A stretch of 64,000 bases of DNA from an uncultured Clostridia bacterium (GCA_944386655.1 CALXBX010000051.1:3106-67105); one strand, 5' to 3'. Shown: positions 1 through 8,650, counted from the stretch's first letter. Numbers and translations are program-made. Notes: generated from the letters alone by a model not told the origin.

Positions 1-1
1 A

Positions 2-244
2 ACTACAACGATTGGCATACGATATCGTTATGAAAAAAGAAATGTTTTGCCAAGAGAAAAGGTAGAAGTAAATACAGAATATGGATTAGTGCAAGCAAAA
101 CAGGTAAAATTAGGAGAAGAAACCTATACTTATCCAGAATATGAAAGTCTTAAAAAGATTGCTGAGGAGCAGAATATTCCATTAAAAGACTTATATCAAT
201 TGGAGAATTGGGATAAAAAAATTATGGAAATAAGTAACCAATAA
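2..244 (+). CDS. larC: 3' end of LarC-type nickel insertion protein (partial, begins upstream of the window)
   Basis: The frame is open from the window edge. TTTIGIRYRYEKRNVLPREKVEVNTEYGLVQAKQV...PEYESLKKIAEEQNIPLKDLY resembles the conserved LarC C-terminal domain. The last codons and stop lie inside repeat box A. Confidence 0.6.
   Translation, partial: TTTIGIRYRYEKRNVLPREKVEVNTEYGLVQAKQVKLGEETYTYPEYESLKKIAEEQNIPLKDLYQLENWDKKIMEISNQ
221..240 (+). repeat. Box A: ATTATGGAAATAAGTAACCA, one of 5 same-orientation copies bounding the pilin-cargo gene blocks
   Basis: Identical 20-mer at 3369-3388 and 7931-7950, 1 mismatch at 12499-12518, 3 mismatches at 13637-13656. Confidence 0.85.
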
Positions 245-324
245 AAAACAAAAATAAATAATAAGAAAAAATAAAGAAACGATATAATCCTTCTCGTAGA
301 GAATAAAAACGAGGAGGATTTATT

Positions 325-1971
325 ATGCAGGAACAAAAGAATAAAGAAAGAGGAATTACACTAATTGCCTTAGTGGTAACGATAATTGTGCTAATTATTT
401 TGGCTGGAGTAAGCATTAACATGCTAGTAGGGGATAATGGAATTATTACGCAAGCACAGTCTGCACAAAGAGAAACAGAAGAAGCAGAAGCAAGAGAAAA
501 ATTAGAAATGGCATTACTAGACTTGCAAATGGAAAAGTATACAAATCCAAATTACAATGATGAGCAATTTATTACAGATTATCTAGCAAGTCAAGGAATG
601 GTAGCACAAGATGATATAGTGATAGTAGGAGATTACCAATTTATCATAGATAGAGAAAATCTAAGAGTAACACAGAGTTTAGGAAAAGGAAATGAAAGTT
701 CAACAATAGAAATAGGACTAAGCAGCCAATTAGCAAGCGATTACACAAAGGCAACACTAAGTGTAGAAATACAAGGAAGTGATGCGATTAGTAAAATACA
801 AATTAATGGAGCAGAAGTAAGTGTACCAGAGAAAACAGAGAATAAATATACATTAACGCAAGATGTGACGACAAATGGAAACTATAATGTTTATGTATTA
901 GACAGTAATGAAGAATACAAAATAGCACAGATTCAAATAGCAGGAATTTCAGAAGATATGCAAATTAGCACAAAAGAACAATTAGAGAGCCTTAGAGATA
1001 GGGTAAATAATGGAGCAACCTATGAAGGAAGAACAATAACCTTGCAGAATGATATCGACTTACAAGGAAATGAAGATAATCAGTGGATGCCAATAGGAAG
1101 AGATGATAGTCTTGCTTTTAAAGGGACTTTTTATGGAAATAATCATATGATTAAAAACATATATATAGATACTACGGAAGGTAATCAAGGTTTATTTGGT
1201 ACAGTATTAAATACAACCATACAAGATATAACAGTAACAGGAAGTATTGTAAATGCAGGTTCAGCCACAGGAGGAATAGTAGGAGCTTTAGGAAATTCGA
1301 TAATTATGAACTGTCATAATGAAGTAACTATATATAGTGGAGCAGGAATTCATGTTGGCGGTATTGCTGGTTATATGGATTCAAAATCCTCTGTTGTAAA
1401 TTGTAGTAACAACAGCAATATTACAGCATTAGGACGTTCAAGTAATGAACAGATGGAATCTTTTACAGGAGGAATAGCAGGAACGTGTGAAGGAAAAATT
1501 GAAAAGTGCTATAATGTAGGAGATATCTATGGATATTGCTTAGCAGGAGGAATAGCAGGAGGTATTTTACAAGGAGAAATTAGAGATTGTTATAATACAG
1601 GAAATATTAAAGTTGATTATAGAAAAGCAGGAGGAATAGTAGGTTATATTCATTATTACAGTGGTGGAACTGTAGGTTACACTAGAATTATCAATACTTA
1701 TAGTACAGGTATAGTGACAGGAACAACTCAAATTGGAGCTAGCATAGGTATGATTGCACTTGAGGAATCTACCATATTGCAGGCAGATAACAATTATGCC
1801 ATAAATCAAAATGATTTATCAGCAATAGGAGGAAATGTAACGAATACAAATGTAAAAGCTGAATTAAAAACAAGTGAAGAACTAAAACAATTAGCAACTA
1901 CTTTAGGAGAAGCATTTAAAAAAGATATAGAAAATATTAATGGTGGATATCCTGTTTTACAATGGCAATAA
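325..1971 (+). CDS. Prepilin-like N-terminal module fused to a GLUG-motif repeat domain
   Basis: GGAGG RBS 7 nt upstream. N-terminus is MQEQKNKERG|ITLIALVVTIIVLIILAGVSINMLVGDNGIITQAQ. The C-terminal half has repeated GGIAG/GGIVG (GLUG-type) motifs and ends INGGYPVLQWQ, as many GLUG proteins do. Confidence 0.7.
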   Translation: MQEQKNKERGITLIALVVTIIVLIILAGVSINMLVGDNGIITQAQSAQRETEEAEAREKLEMALLDLQMEKYTNPNYNDEQFITDYLASQGMVAQDDIVIVGDYQFIIDRENLRVTQSLGKGNESSTIEIGLSSQLASDYTKATLSVEIQGSDAISKIQINGAEVSVPEKTENKYTLTQDVTTNGNYNVYVLDSNEEYKIAQIQIAGISEDMQISTKEQLESLRDRVNNGATYEGRTITLQNDIDLQGNEDNQWMPIGRDDSLAFKGTFYGNNHMIKNIYIDTTEGNQGLFGTVLNTTIQDITVTGSIVNAGSATGGIVGALGNSIIMNCHNEVTIYSGAGIHVGGIAGYMDSKSSVVNCSNNSNITALGRSSNEQMESFTGGIAGTCEGKIEKCYNVGDIYGYCLAGGIAGGILQGEIRDCYNTGNIKVDYRKAGGIVGYIHYYSGGTVGYTRIINTYSTGIVTGTTQIGASIGMIALEESTILQADNNYAINQNDLSAIGGNVTNTNVKAELKTSEELKQLATTLGEAFKKDIENINGGYPVLQWQ

Positions 1972-1993
1972 AATATATTATAGCTAGGTGAAA

Positions 1994-2027
1994 ATATGGT
2001 GTACAAAAATGTACATCATATTTTTTT
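1994..2027 (+). terminator. Rho-independent terminator after the GLUG gene
   Basis: ATATGGTGTAC-AAAAAT-GTACATCATAT stem (one G.U) followed by a T7 run. A homologous copy is at 5410-5441. Confidence 0.75.
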
Positions 2028-2125
2028 ATGTCAAAAAGATATTAAATAAAAACAACCAAATAGGAGAAAAGAAAAAGTAAATGGGATAAAATTTCTTAAA
2101 ACAAAAAACGAAAGAGGGGAATGAA

Positions 2126-3286
2126 GTGAATAACAAAAGAAAACAAAAAGAGAGCGGTATTACATTAATAGCATTAGTGGTAACAATCATTGTTTTGATA
2201 ATCTTAGCAGGTGTAAGCATTAATATGATAATAGGAGATAATGGAATTATTACTCAGGCACAGAAAGCAGCAGAAGATACAAAATTGGCACAGGAAAAAG
2301 AAGCAATATCGTTAGCAATCTTAGAAAATGAATTAAGCGGTACAGAGCTGGAAATAGGAACAACATTATATAGCAAAACATTAGCAAATGGAAATAGATG
2401 GCATATATTAACTAATAAAAACGATGGGACAAGCTATGGAGATGGCTGGATATATATTCCGGAAAATACTAGTATTTCTAATTTTGGACAAACAACACAA
2501 AATTGGCTTGTCCATTCGCAAACAGGAGAGATACTATCTATAAGTATGGAAGATTATACAGAGACTTATTATGGAATGAACCTAGCTGTAACGGAAGGAC
2601 TGCTATTAAATGTAGATCCAGTGAATATGGAAGATGAAGATAGTTGGGGAGAAGGAGTAACATTATATGGAGTAACGCCGGGAGACGGTTATGGTTACAA
2701 TGGAGATGCTATTTTATTTGACGGAGTGAATGATTATATAGAGATTTATGCAGATACGCCAATTGACAAAGGGTTTACTTTTGAATTTTATGGAAAATCT
2801 GAAGATGATAGAATTAATATGTTAGCAAAAACCTTAATTGGAGAACAGGAAAATTATATTGGTAGATTTAGAATTAATATGATAGGAAATCAATTTAGAG
2901 CAGCATTTGCAGGAGGAGATGCTGGATCTGATTGGGGAATGTCTGACAATAATAAACATTGGATAGCAAAGCAATTAAATGGGGACTTTAGTGCTGAAAA
3001 TGGAGAATATCTTACGATGACAGTAAACTTAGAAACAGATACTATTACATTATATTTAAATGGTGAAAATATAGGTGCTACTGTATGTAATCATGATTGG
3101 TTGATATCAGGACAGTTAACGAATGGAGAAATTCCATTTACTATAGGATTAATAATTGCTGGAACAGAATATACGGAAACTTATTCTTCCATGGAACTAT
3201 ATGCATGTAGGTTATATAATAGAGTACTAACAGACGAAGAAATAACAGATAATTATGAAACAACAGTTGCTTATAGAGAACAATAA
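2126..3286 (+). CDS. Prepilin-like N-terminal module fused to a LamG/concanavalin-A-like lectin domain
   Basis: GTG start after AGAGGGG. N-terminus is MNNKRKQKESG|ITLIALVVTIIVLIILAGVSINMIIGDNGIITQAQ. LamG_3 hallmarks are FDGVNDYIEI, LYLNGENIG and the terminal RLYNRVLTDEEI. Confidence 0.8.
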   Translation: MNNKRKQKESGITLIALVVTIIVLIILAGVSINMIIGDNGIITQAQKAAEDTKLAQEKEAISLAILENELSGTELEIGTTLYSKTLANGNRWHILTNKNDGTSYGDGWIYIPENTSISNFGQTTQNWLVHSQTGEILSISMEDYTETYYGMNLAVTEGLLLNVDPVNMEDEDSWGEGVTLYGVTPGDGYGYNGDAILFDGVNDYIEIYADTPIDKGFTFEFYGKSEDDRINMLAKTLIGEQENYIGRFRINMIGNQFRAAFAGGDAGSDWGMSDNNKHWIAKQLNGDFSAENGEYLTMTVNLETDTITLYLNGENIGATVCNHDWLISGQLTNGEIPFTIGLIIAGTEYTETYSSMELYACRLYNRVLTDEEITDNYETTVAYREQ

Positions 3287-3322
3287 ATATCCATTTAAGT
3301 CAGTCTTTTTTATGACATGTCA

Positions 3323-3343
3323 CAAAAATGTCAGGGATAAGTG
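3323..3343 (+). repeat. Short repeat CAAAAATGTCAGGGATAAGTG (copy 1 of 2)
   Basis: An identical 21-mer lies at 10174-10194. It is preceded by the palindrome TTTTTATGACA/TGTCACAAAAA. Confidence 0.7.
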
Positions 3344-3368
3344 GGAAACCTAAGAATAATGTCGAAAA

Positions 3369-3388
3369 ATTATGGAAATAAGTAACCA
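3369..3388 (+). repeat. Box B (ATTATGGAAATAAGTAACCA)
   Basis: Identical to box A. Roughly 100 nt of downstream leader is also near-identical to 241-324. Confidence 0.85.
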
Positions 3389-3472
3389 ATAAAAAACAAA
3401 ATAAAGAGATAAGAAAAAATAAAGAAACGATATAATCCTTCTCGTAGAGAAAAATAACTAGGAGGATTTATT

Positions 3473-5380
3473 ATGCAGGAACAAAAGAATAAAGAAAGAG
3501 GAATTACTTTAATAGCCTTAGTGGTGACGATAATTGTGCTAATTATCTTAGCGAGTGTTTCTATTAATATGCTAGTAGGAGAAAATGGTCTTATTACAAT
3601 GGCACAGAGGGCGAAAAATGAGACAGAACAAGTGCAAAAAGAGGAAGAACAGGAATTAGCAGGGATATTTGGAAAGAATTATGCAGATTATAATGGAGAA
3701 TTACATATAGAAGGAGAAAAAGTTTTAAATCAATATAATGAACAAATTCAATTAAATGGATTATATTATGGTTATGGAAATTCAGAATATACAGAAGCAT
3801 TATTAACGGCATTGAAAAATAAAGGTGTAAATATGATAAAAATAGGATATAGCTATAGTGGAGGAACAGAACCATATAATAAAGAAGGAAATATGGAAGC
3901 AATGTATTCTTTTATAGATCAGTTGTTAGCGATGAACTTTTATATCGACATTATATATTGGTCAGGTAATGACTTGAATCAGGAAGGATATACTAAAGTA
4001 AATGAAGCTACAGATTATTTTACTCAAATAGCTAATAAATACCCAGATAATACACAAATCTTATATGAAATTTGTAATGAGCCTTTTGATAATACTTGGG
4101 GAGAAGTTAAGCAATATGCAGATAGTGTAATTCCTGAAATTAGGCAAATAAGTGAAAATGCAATAATATCTGTTCCAACAAATGATAATCTTTTTAATGA
4201 GACATTTCTATCAGATTTATTAAATTATAATAATATTATGTATGTAACTCATATATATGCAGAAGGAACGATTGCTGTTAAAAGCATGACTGCCGCAATT
4301 GCTAACAATAGTATACCTGTATTTATTTCGGAGTGGTCAAATAATAATGGGAATGAGACAAGCTATAATAATGAAGTAACAGATAATTTAATATATATAA
4401 TAAATAAATATAAACTAGCAAATTCTGCGTGGTATTTTTATGGTTCGAGTACAAGAGATTCGGAGTTTTTCATGATAAAAAAAGAGTATTGGGAAGAAGT
4501 GTTAAAAACTGGAAACATAAATGATAATGTGCTTGGAATAGCAGGAAAATATTATTTCGACTTTATACAAGGTTTCAATAAAGGGAAAGAAGAAGGAAAT
4601 TTAGTAAATGCTAATTATATTAATTCTTTAATGTTCTGGGAGGAAAAATACAGAACAAATATTACGAAAATAATATTTGAAGATAAAATAAATGTACCGG
4701 ATAATGCTTTAATGGTGTGGGATGTATCTGACAATAATTCTGGAACAATTATAGCATATTTAATAGATGATGGTAAAAATAATGGAACATATGAGTTATA
4801 CATTTGTGGAAATAATGAAAAAGTAAAAGTTGTTTCATTATCTCTCACTTTTCGTGATTTTACAAAGTTAGAATATATAGATATAACACAGATGGATACT
4901 AGAAAGGTTAAATCAATGTATAATATGTTTGGAAATAATCAAAATTTACAAACAATAATTGGTTTAGAAAATATAGATACATCAAATGTAACTAATATGC
5001 AAGAAATGTTTTATGCCTGCGCACAGTTAACTAAATTAGATGTAAGTAATTTTAATACATCAAATGTAATTAACATGAGCTCTATGTTTAATGGAGCAGG
5101 CATGAGGAATTCCAATTTTGAGTTGATTTTGGGAGAAAAGTTTGATACCTCTAAGGTTACTAATATGACATATATGTTCTATTTAACTGGAATTGCAAAT
5201 CCAAATTTTATTTTAGATTTGAGAAGCTTCACATTTAAAGATGATGTAGATGTTACAAATATATTTACTTTTATGAAAGCAACAACAATAGTCTATGTAA
5301 AAGATGAAGAAATGCAACAGTTTGTTATAAATGCAAGAGGAGAAAATGCATGGTCTACAGCAAATGTTTTAATTAAATAG
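3473..5380 (+). CDS. Prepilin-like N-terminal module fused to a divergent GH5 (cellulase family A) domain and DUF285/BspA-type repeats
   Basis: N-terminus is MQEQKNKERG|ITLIALVVTIIVLIILASVSINMLVGENGLIT. It has the ILYEICNEPF acid/base motif, THIYAEG and FISEWS. The C-terminus has FNTSNVxNMxxMF-type DUF285 repeats. Confidence 0.7.
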   Translation: MQEQKNKERGITLIALVVTIIVLIILASVSINMLVGENGLITMAQRAKNETEQVQKEEEQELAGIFGKNYADYNGELHIEGEKVLNQYNEQIQLNGLYYGYGNSEYTEALLTALKNKGVNMIKIGYSYSGGTEPYNKEGNMEAMYSFIDQLLAMNFYIDIIYWSGNDLNQEGYTKVNEATDYFTQIANKYPDNTQILYEICNEPFDNTWGEVKQYADSVIPEIRQISENAIISVPTNDNLFNETFLSDLLNYNNIMYVTHIYAEGTIAVKSMTAAIANNSIPVFISEWSNNNGNETSYNNEVTDNLIYIINKYKLANSAWYFYGSSTRDSEFFMIKKEYWEEVLKTGNINDNVLGIAGKYYFDFIQGFNKGKEEGNLVNANYINSLMFWEEKYRTNITKIIFEDKINVPDNALMVWDVSDNNSGTIIAYLIDDGKNNGTYELYICGNNEKVKVVSLSLTFRDFTKLEYIDITQMDTRKVKSMYNMFGNNQNLQTIIGLENIDTSNVTNMQEMFYACAQLTKLDVSNFNTSNVINMSSMFNGAGMRNSNFELILGEKFDTSKVTNMTYMFYLTGIANPNFILDLRSFTFKDDVDVTNIFTFMKATTIVYVKDEEMQQFVINARGENAWSTANVLIK

Positions 5381-5409
5381 ATGTTGTTAAGAAAATAATA
5401 AATATAAAA

Positions 5410-5441
5410 ATATGGTGTGCGAAAAAGTACATCATATTTTT
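5410..5441 (+). terminator. Rho-independent terminator after the first GH5 gene
   Basis: ATATGGTGTGC-GAAAAA-GTACATCATAT stem followed by a T run. It is a paralog of 1994-2027. Confidence 0.7.
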
Positions 5442-5542
5442 ATGTTAAAAAGATAACAGCTAAAAACGAAAAAGTAAAAGACAGAGGAAAATAGCTAAGA
5501 TAAAATAATTCGTGTAAAAATAAGAAACGAAAGAAGGAAAGA

Positions 5543-7930
5543 GTGATGCAGAATAAAAGCAAAAAAAGAAATACAGGGATTACCTTAATTGCACTAATCA
5601 TAACAATTATCATTTTAATTACATTAGCGGGAGTTTCTATTAATATGCTAGTAGGAGAAAATGGTCTTATTACAATGGCACAGAGGGCAAAGAATGAGAC
5701 AGAACAAGCACAAAGAGAGGAAGAACAGGCATTAGCAGGAATATTTGGAAAGAATTATGTGGATTATAATGGACAGTTAAGCATAAAAGAAGGAAAATTA
5801 ACAAATCAGTATGAGGAAAATGTAGTTTTAAGAGGAATGAGTGCGGGAAATGGAAAGGGAATAGAAAGCTTAACAGAAAAATACTATAATAAAGAGTCTT
5901 TATCCGTAATAAAAAGTTGGGGAGCAAATGTACTTAGAATACCAGTAGATACAGATGCGTATTATCAAGGATATGCTTCTAATCCAGATATTATCAATAG
6001 AGTGTCTGAAATTGCAGATATATGTATAGAATTAGATATGTATGCCATAATAGATTGGCATGTGTTATATGAAGGAAATCCAAATACTTATGCAGAACAA
6101 GCAAAAGAATTCTTTAGTCAGATAGCAACTAAATATAAGGATGTGCCAAATATTTTATATGAAATCTGTAATGAACCAAACGGAGATGATGTGACATGGG
6201 AAGTAATAAAAAATTATGCAAATGAGATAATACCAGTAATAAGAAATATAGATAGTGATTCTATTGTAATAGTAGGCACACCTTCATGGAGCCATAATGT
6301 GGATGAAGTAGTTGGTAGTGAATTAGAACATAGTAATATAATGTATACATCTCATATGTATGCATCCACTCTAAATTCTGATAGAATGAATAGACTTAAA
6401 ACCGCAGTTGAGAATAATATACCAGTAATTGTTACAGAGTTTGGAACAGCAGTGACAGGGTGGGGAACACAGGATGGATTGTTGTTAGAAAATTCAAATA
6501 TAATTGCAAATTATATGGAAGAAAATAATATAAGTTGGTGTAATTGGAGTATGACTGACCATTATGAAGGCTTGGCACTGGTAAAATATAATCAATGGGA
6601 TAATTCTTTAAATGATAATATTCTAAGTGAAAGTGGAAAATATATAAAACAATTATTACAAAATGCACAAATACAAAATAATCCAGTTATGATGGAATAT
6701 GAAGAAAATTATGCATTTTGGAATGAAGAATATAGAAATAATGTTACTAGTATTATCATAGAAAATGAAATAGACAATGATAAAATTAATAATGCAGTAG
6801 AACATTGGGATGTATCGTTTGCAAACAACAATAGTGTTATAGCATATATAGAAAATGATTCAGAAAATGCTGGCAAATATATATTGCATATAACAGGAGA
6901 AGGTGGAGTATATTGTGCTCCCAATAGTAGGAATTTATTTAGTGATTTTATAAGTTTAAAAAATGTAGATTTTAATAATTTAGATACAACCAATGTTAAT
7001 GATATGGGATTTATGTTTTCTGGAGATGTTGAGCTTGAAAGTATAGATTTAAAAAATTTCAAAACGAATAATGTTACGTATATGGAAAGAATTTTTTACA
7101 ATTGTGCAAATTTAAAAACTTTGGACTTCTCGAGTTTTGACTTTACAAAAGTAGTAAGATTTTATGAAGCATTTGGGAAATGTACTAATTTAGAAAGTAT
7201 AAAATTTCCAACACAAAAAAGTGATATGATAAGTGTGTTGGGATTATTTAGTCATTGTGAAAATTTAAAAGAGATAGATTTGAGTTCATTTAATACAGAA
7301 AGAGTTACCGCAATGAATGGAATGTTTTCCTATTGTTATAATATTGAAGGTATAAATTTTGGAGATACTTTTAGTACAGAAAATGTTACTTCTATGAGAG
7401 AAATGTTTTACCAATGTAATTCATTAAAAAAATTAGATTTAAGCAAATTTAATACATCTAAGGTTACAGATATGTATTATATGTTTGGAGGTTGCTATAG
7501 TTTACAAACTCTTGATTTAAAGAACTTTAATACAGAAAACGTAGAGAACATGAGTAGAATGTTTCATAACTGCAATAGCCTTACTACTTTAAATGTGTCA
7601 TCATTTAACACATCTAAGGTTACAAATATGGCATATATGTTTCAGGTATGTAGACAATTAACACAATTAGATTTAAGTAATTTTGATACATCTAATGTAA
7701 CAGATATGACTTTTATGTTGAGTAATTTGAATAATGTACAGAAAATTAATTTAAGTAATGCTAATTTTGATAGTGTAAAAAGTTATGATAACATGCTAAC
7801 TTATACTAATTCTTGGAAAAATGCAATAATAATAGTAAAAGATGAAAATGCAAAAAGTTTTATACAGTCACGTTTAGATGAAGTTGGTAATACGGCAGAA
7901 ATACAGATAAGTAACGGACAACAAGAATAG
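5543..7930 (+). CDS. Prepilin-like N-terminal module fused to a GH5 glycoside hydrolase and about 8 DUF285/BspA-type repeats
   Basis: Start is GTG 5543 or ATG 5546 after AAGGAA. N-terminus is ..KKRNTG|ITLIALIITIIILITLAGVSINMLVGENGLIT. A full GH5 residue set is visible: VLRIPV, IIDWHV, ILYEICNEPNG, SHMYAS, VIVTEFG. Repeats follow the pattern FNTxxVTxMxxMF. Confidence 0.8.
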   Translation: MMQNKSKKRNTGITLIALIITIIILITLAGVSINMLVGENGLITMAQRAKNETEQAQREEEQALAGIFGKNYVDYNGQLSIKEGKLTNQYEENVVLRGMSAGNGKGIESLTEKYYNKESLSVIKSWGANVLRIPVDTDAYYQGYASNPDIINRVSEIADICIELDMYAIIDWHVLYEGNPNTYAEQAKEFFSQIATKYKDVPNILYEICNEPNGDDVTWEVIKNYANEIIPVIRNIDSDSIVIVGTPSWSHNVDEVVGSELEHSNIMYTSHMYASTLNSDRMNRLKTAVENNIPVIVTEFGTAVTGWGTQDGLLLENSNIIANYMEENNISWCNWSMTDHYEGLALVKYNQWDNSLNDNILSESGKYIKQLLQNAQIQNNPVMMEYEENYAFWNEEYRNNVTSIIIENEIDNDKINNAVEHWDVSFANNNSVIAYIENDSENAGKYILHITGEGGVYCAPNSRNLFSDFISLKNVDFNNLDTTNVNDMGFMFSGDVELESIDLKNFKTNNVTYMERIFYNCANLKTLDFSSFDFTKVVRFYEAFGKCTNLESIKFPTQKSDMISVLGLFSHCENLKEIDLSSFNTERVTAMNGMFSYCYNIEGINFGDTFSTENVTSMREMFYQCNSLKKLDLSKFNTSKVTDMYYMFGGCYSLQTLDLKNFNTENVENMSRMFHNCNSLTTLNVSSFNTSKVTNMAYMFQVCRQLTQLDLSNFDTSNVTDMTFMLSNLNNVQKINLSNANFDSVKSYDNMLTYTNSWKNAIIIVKDENAKSFIQSRLDEVGNTAEIQISNGQQE

Positions 7931-7950
7931 ATTATGGAAATAAGTAACCA
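7931..7950 (+). repeat. Box C (ATTATGGAAATAAGTAACCA)
   Basis: Identical 20-mer starting immediately after the GH5 stop codon. About 45 nt downstream still resembles the box A flank. Confidence 0.85.
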
Positions 7951-8087
7951 CAAGAAAACAAAAATAAATAATAAGAGGAAATCAAGAAAAGTACCTTGCC
8001 AAAATAAAGAAAAAAATATATAATTCCCCTAGAAACAAGTATATAAAAAACAAACTTGTTGCATAATAATACAAAAGGAGAAAAGCA

Positions 8088-8642
8088 ATGACAGAGAAAG
8101 AAAAAATGTTGCAGGGGCAATTATATGATGCCAATCATAATCCAGAATTAATTGCAGAGAGGCAAAAAGCAAAGGAAATTTGTTTTAACTATAATCAAAC
8201 CATACCAACGAATATGGAAAAAAGAACAGAAATATTGAAGAATTTATTAGGAAGTACAAAAAATAATTTCCTAATAGAGCCTTCTTTTCAATGTGATTAT
8301 GGGTATAATATTCATATAGGAGAAAACTTTTATGCTAATCATAATTTAGTGATATTAGATGCAGCAGAAGTCACCTTTGGAGACAATGTGTTAATAGGAC
8401 CAAACTGTGGATTTTATACAGCAGGACATCCTAGTAATGTAGAACAAAGAAGAGCAGGGTTAGAATATGCAAAACCAATTCATATTGGAGATGATGTATG
8501 GATAGGTGGAAATGTAGCAGTTTTGCCGGGAGTTACTATAGGAAATAATAGCATTATAGGAGCAGGTAGTGTAGTGAACAAAGATATTCCATCGGGAGTA
8601 ATAGCAGTAGGAAATCCTTGCAAAGTAGTGAAAAAAATATAA
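8088..8642 (+). CDS. maa: Maltose/galactoside O-acetyltransferase family (hexapeptide repeat)
   Basis: MTEKEKMLQGQLYDANHNPELIAERQKAKEICFNYN is the Mac-type N-terminal domain. It is followed by left-handed beta-helix hexapeptide repeats (IGDDVWIGGNVAVLPGVTIGNNSIIGAGSVV). Confidence 0.85.
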   Translation: MTEKEKMLQGQLYDANHNPELIAERQKAKEICFNYNQTIPTNMEKRTEILKNLLGSTKNNFLIEPSFQCDYGYNIHIGENFYANHNLVILDAAEVTFGDNVLIGPNCGFYTAGHPSNVEQRRAGLEYAKPIHIGDDVWIGGNVAVLPGVTIGNNSIIGAGSVVNKDIPSGVIAVGNPCKVVKKI

Positions 8643-8650
8643 AAATTTCC

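Noticed and set aside
221-240. The box read as a sigma-54 promoter (TGG..N..ACC), a cre site or a CodY box.
   Set aside because: The GC of the -12 element is missing (AC instead). There is no central CG as cre requires, and no AATTTTCWGAAAATT-like symmetry.
271-288. A SigD-like -10 (CGATAT within AACGATATAAT) in the pilin-cargo leaders. This would link them to flagellar or pilus regulons.
   Set aside because: No TAAA -35 lies at the required 14-16 nt spacing, and the copy at 12556-12566 reads AGATAT. The match is not better than chance in AT-rich DNA.
222-422. Minus-strand ORFs of 62-78 aa with similar sequences (MLxLTPAKII..TIIVTT..), also at 2026-2220, 7932-8120 and 12457-12693.
   Set aside because: They are the antisense reading of the repeated pilin-like N-terminal coding module and leaders. 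They recur only because the sense sequence recurs. They have no RBS and overlap well-supported + strand genes.
3360-3366. A perfect Spo0A box (TGTCGAA) just upstream of box B.
   Set aside because: It is a single 7-mer and is absent from the other four box contexts, so it could be chance. I kept only the tandem TGTCGA-containing repeat at 53823-53859 as a finding.
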